Source of the DNA: the human T2T-CHM13v2.0 reference genome, Homo sapiens
Strand: one strand, 5' to 3'
Length of the DNA: 64,000 bases
Assembly: GCF_009914755.1 (NCBI RefSeq)
Contig: NC_060942.1
Made by a program: the position numbers and the translations under genes. Below are positions 62,601-64,000 of the stretch, piece after piece; position 1 is the stretch's first letter; the number at the start of each line of letters is the position of its first letter. The notes below the pieces were generated by a model. That model was not told the DNA's origin and searched no databases. It worked only from the letters and a program-made list of their open reading frames with translations.

Positions 62601-64000
62601 GAATCACTCCTTTTGTAGTATCTGGAAGTGGACATTTGGAGCGCTTTCAGGCCTATTTTGGAAAGGGAAATATCTTCCCGTAACAACTATGCAGAAGCAT
62701 TCTCAGAAACTTGTTTGTGATGTGTGCCCTCTACTGACAGAGTTGAACCTTTCTTTTCATAGAGCAGTTTTGAAACACTCTTTTTGTAGAATCTGCAAGA
62801 GGATATTTGCATAGCTTTGAGGATTTCGTGGGAAACGGGATTGTCTTCAGGTAAAATCTAGACAGAAGCATTCTCAGAAACTTCTTTGGGATGTTTGCAT
62901 TCAAGTCACAGAGTAGAACATTCCCTTTGGTAGAGCAGGTTTGAAACACTCTTTTTGTAGTATCTGGAAGTGGACATTTGGAGCGCTTTCAGGCCCATGT
63001 TGGAAAGGGAAATATCTTCCCGTAACAACTAGGCAGAAGCATTCTCAGAAACTTATTTGAGATGTGTGTACTCAACTAAGAGAATTGAACCACCGTTTTG
63101 AAGGAGCAGTTTTGAAACACTCTTTTTCTGGAATCTGCAAGAGTATATTTGCCTAGCCTTGAGGATTTCGTTGGAAACGGGATTGTCTTCAGAGAAAATC
63201 TAGACAGAAGCATTCTCAGAAACTTCTTTGGGATGTTTGCATTCAAGTCACAGAGTAGAACATTCCCTTTGGTAGAGCAGGTTTGAAACACTCTTTTTTT
63301 AGTATATGGAAGTGGACATTTTGATCGCTTTCAGGCCTACGTTGGAAAAGGAAATATCTTCCCATAACAACTAGACAGAAGCATTCTCAGAAACTAGTTT
63401 CTGATGTGTGTCCTCAACTAACACAGTTGAACATTTCTTTAGACAGAACAGTTTTGAAACACTCTTTTTGTGGAATCTGCAAGTGGCTATTTGGCTAGAT
63501 TTGAGGATTTCGTTGGAAACGGGATTACATATAAAAAGCAGTCAGCAGCATTCTCAGAAAGTTCTTTGTGATGATTGCATTCAAGTCACAGAATTGAACA
63601 TTCCCTTTCACAGAGCAGGTTTGAAACACTCTTTTTGTAGTGTGTGTAAGTGGACATTTGGAGCACTTACCGGCCTAAGGTGAAAAAGGAAATATCTTCC
63701 CATAAAAACTAGACAGAAGCATTCTCAGAAACTTACTCGTGATGTGTGTCCTCAACTAAAGGAGTAGAACCTTTCTTTTCATAGAGAAGTTTTGAAACGC
63801 TCTTTTTGTGGAATCTGCAAGTGGATATTTGGCTAGTTTTGAGGATTTCGTTGGAAGCGGGAATTCATACAAATTGCAGACTGCAGCGTTCTGAGAAACA
63901 TCTTTGTGATGTTTGTATTCAGGACACAGAGTTGAACATTCCCTATCATAGAGCAGGTTTGAATCACTCCTTTTGTAGTATCTGGAAGTGGACATTTGGA
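59681..64000 (+). repeat. Two canonical 12-mers (U29, U30) plus a partial unit (U31)
   Basis: Unit starts at 59681, 61716 and 63751. Confidence 0.97.

Larger units (their letters stand above)
1..64000 (+). repeat. Centromeric alpha-satellite (alphoid) higher-order repeat array, homogeneous, single orientation
   Basis: Seen: tandem ~171-bp monomers beginning CATTCTCAGAAA/CGTTCTGAGAAA with alphoid motifs (TTTGAAACACTCTTTTTGTAG, GGAAATATCTTC, CENP-B boxes). ORF track recurs at exact 2035-bp steps. HOR copies differ by only a few SNVs. Confidence 0.99.
1..64000 (+). repeat. D18Z1: Probable human chromosome 18 active centromeric array D18Z1 (SF2 dimeric family, 12-mer HOR)
   Basis: Seen: 12-mer of 2035 bp, A/B dimer alternation, EcoRI sites at 111 and 786 of each unit giving 675-bp and 1360-bp fragments. 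Recalled knowledge: D18Z1 is a 12-mer SF2 HOR with ~0.68 kb and ~1.36 kb EcoRI fragments. Not verified by alignment. DXZ1 is also a 12-mer but is pentameric-family and ~2057 bp. Confidence 0.82.

Noticed and set aside
6-63995. Hundreds of 61-125 aa ORFs on both strands
   Set aside because: They are chance open frames of alphoid DNA, repeating with the HOR. They overlap on opposite strands, often start at non-ATG codons, and have no recognisable domain. Point changes create stops freely (U4, U7, U14, U27, U30). They are useful only as SNV reporters.
1-64000. CRISPR-like repeat/spacer appearance (conserved CAGAAGCATTCTCAGAAAC every ~170 bp)
   Set aside because: The intervening sequences are homologous monomer bodies rather than unique spacers, the spacing is too long, and there are no cas genes.
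1-64000. L1/Alu insertion, inversion or foreign/unique sequence hidden in the array
   Set aside because: Unit arithmetic (26x2035 + 4x2710 + 250 = 64000) accounts for every base, and the orientation never changes.
1-64000. Assignment to DXZ1 (X chromosome 12-mer)
   Set aside because: The strict A/B dimer alternation with 6 boxes per unit and the 2035-bp length do not fit the pentamer-based ~2057-bp DXZ1.
1-64000. Claim that this window is the kinetochore site or centromere dip region
   Set aside because: CENP-A occupancy and hypomethylation are epigenetic and cannot be read from the sequence.

Overview
The whole 64 kb window is a single, uninterrupted, head-to-tail array of primate (almost certainly human) centromeric alpha-satellite DNA in one orientation. 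Monomers of 167-171 bp form a 2035-bp 12-monomer higher-order repeat (HOR). CENP-B-box (B-type) and pJalpha-type (A-type) monomers strictly alternate. Phased from position 1, there are 26 canonical 12-mers (2035 bp), four 16-mer variants (2710 bp; a 675-bp 4-monomer duplication) and a 250-bp partial unit (26x2035 + 4x2710 = 63750). Unit starts are U1 1, U2 2036, U3 4071, U4 6106, U5* 8141, U6 10851, U7 12886, U8* 14921, U9* 17631, U10 20341, then every 2035 bp to U27 54936, U28* 56971, U29 59681, U30 61716 and U31 63751 (* = 16-mer). The dimeric organisation, the 12-mer size and the EcoRI spacing of 675 + 1360 bp fit the chromosome 18 active array D18Z1 (suprachromosomal family 2); this is recalled knowledge, not a database result. 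I find no protein-coding genes, RNA genes, transposons or CRISPR arrays, and all listed ORFs are repeat artefacts. I see no new gene system. The interest lies in the array's mutational record: internal homology tracts that template the 16-mers and some SNVs, block duplications marked by SNVs, an every-other-HOR variant periodicity, a long-range block copy, and one broken CENP-B box. SNVs were read by eye with help from the ORF track, so a few may have been missed.
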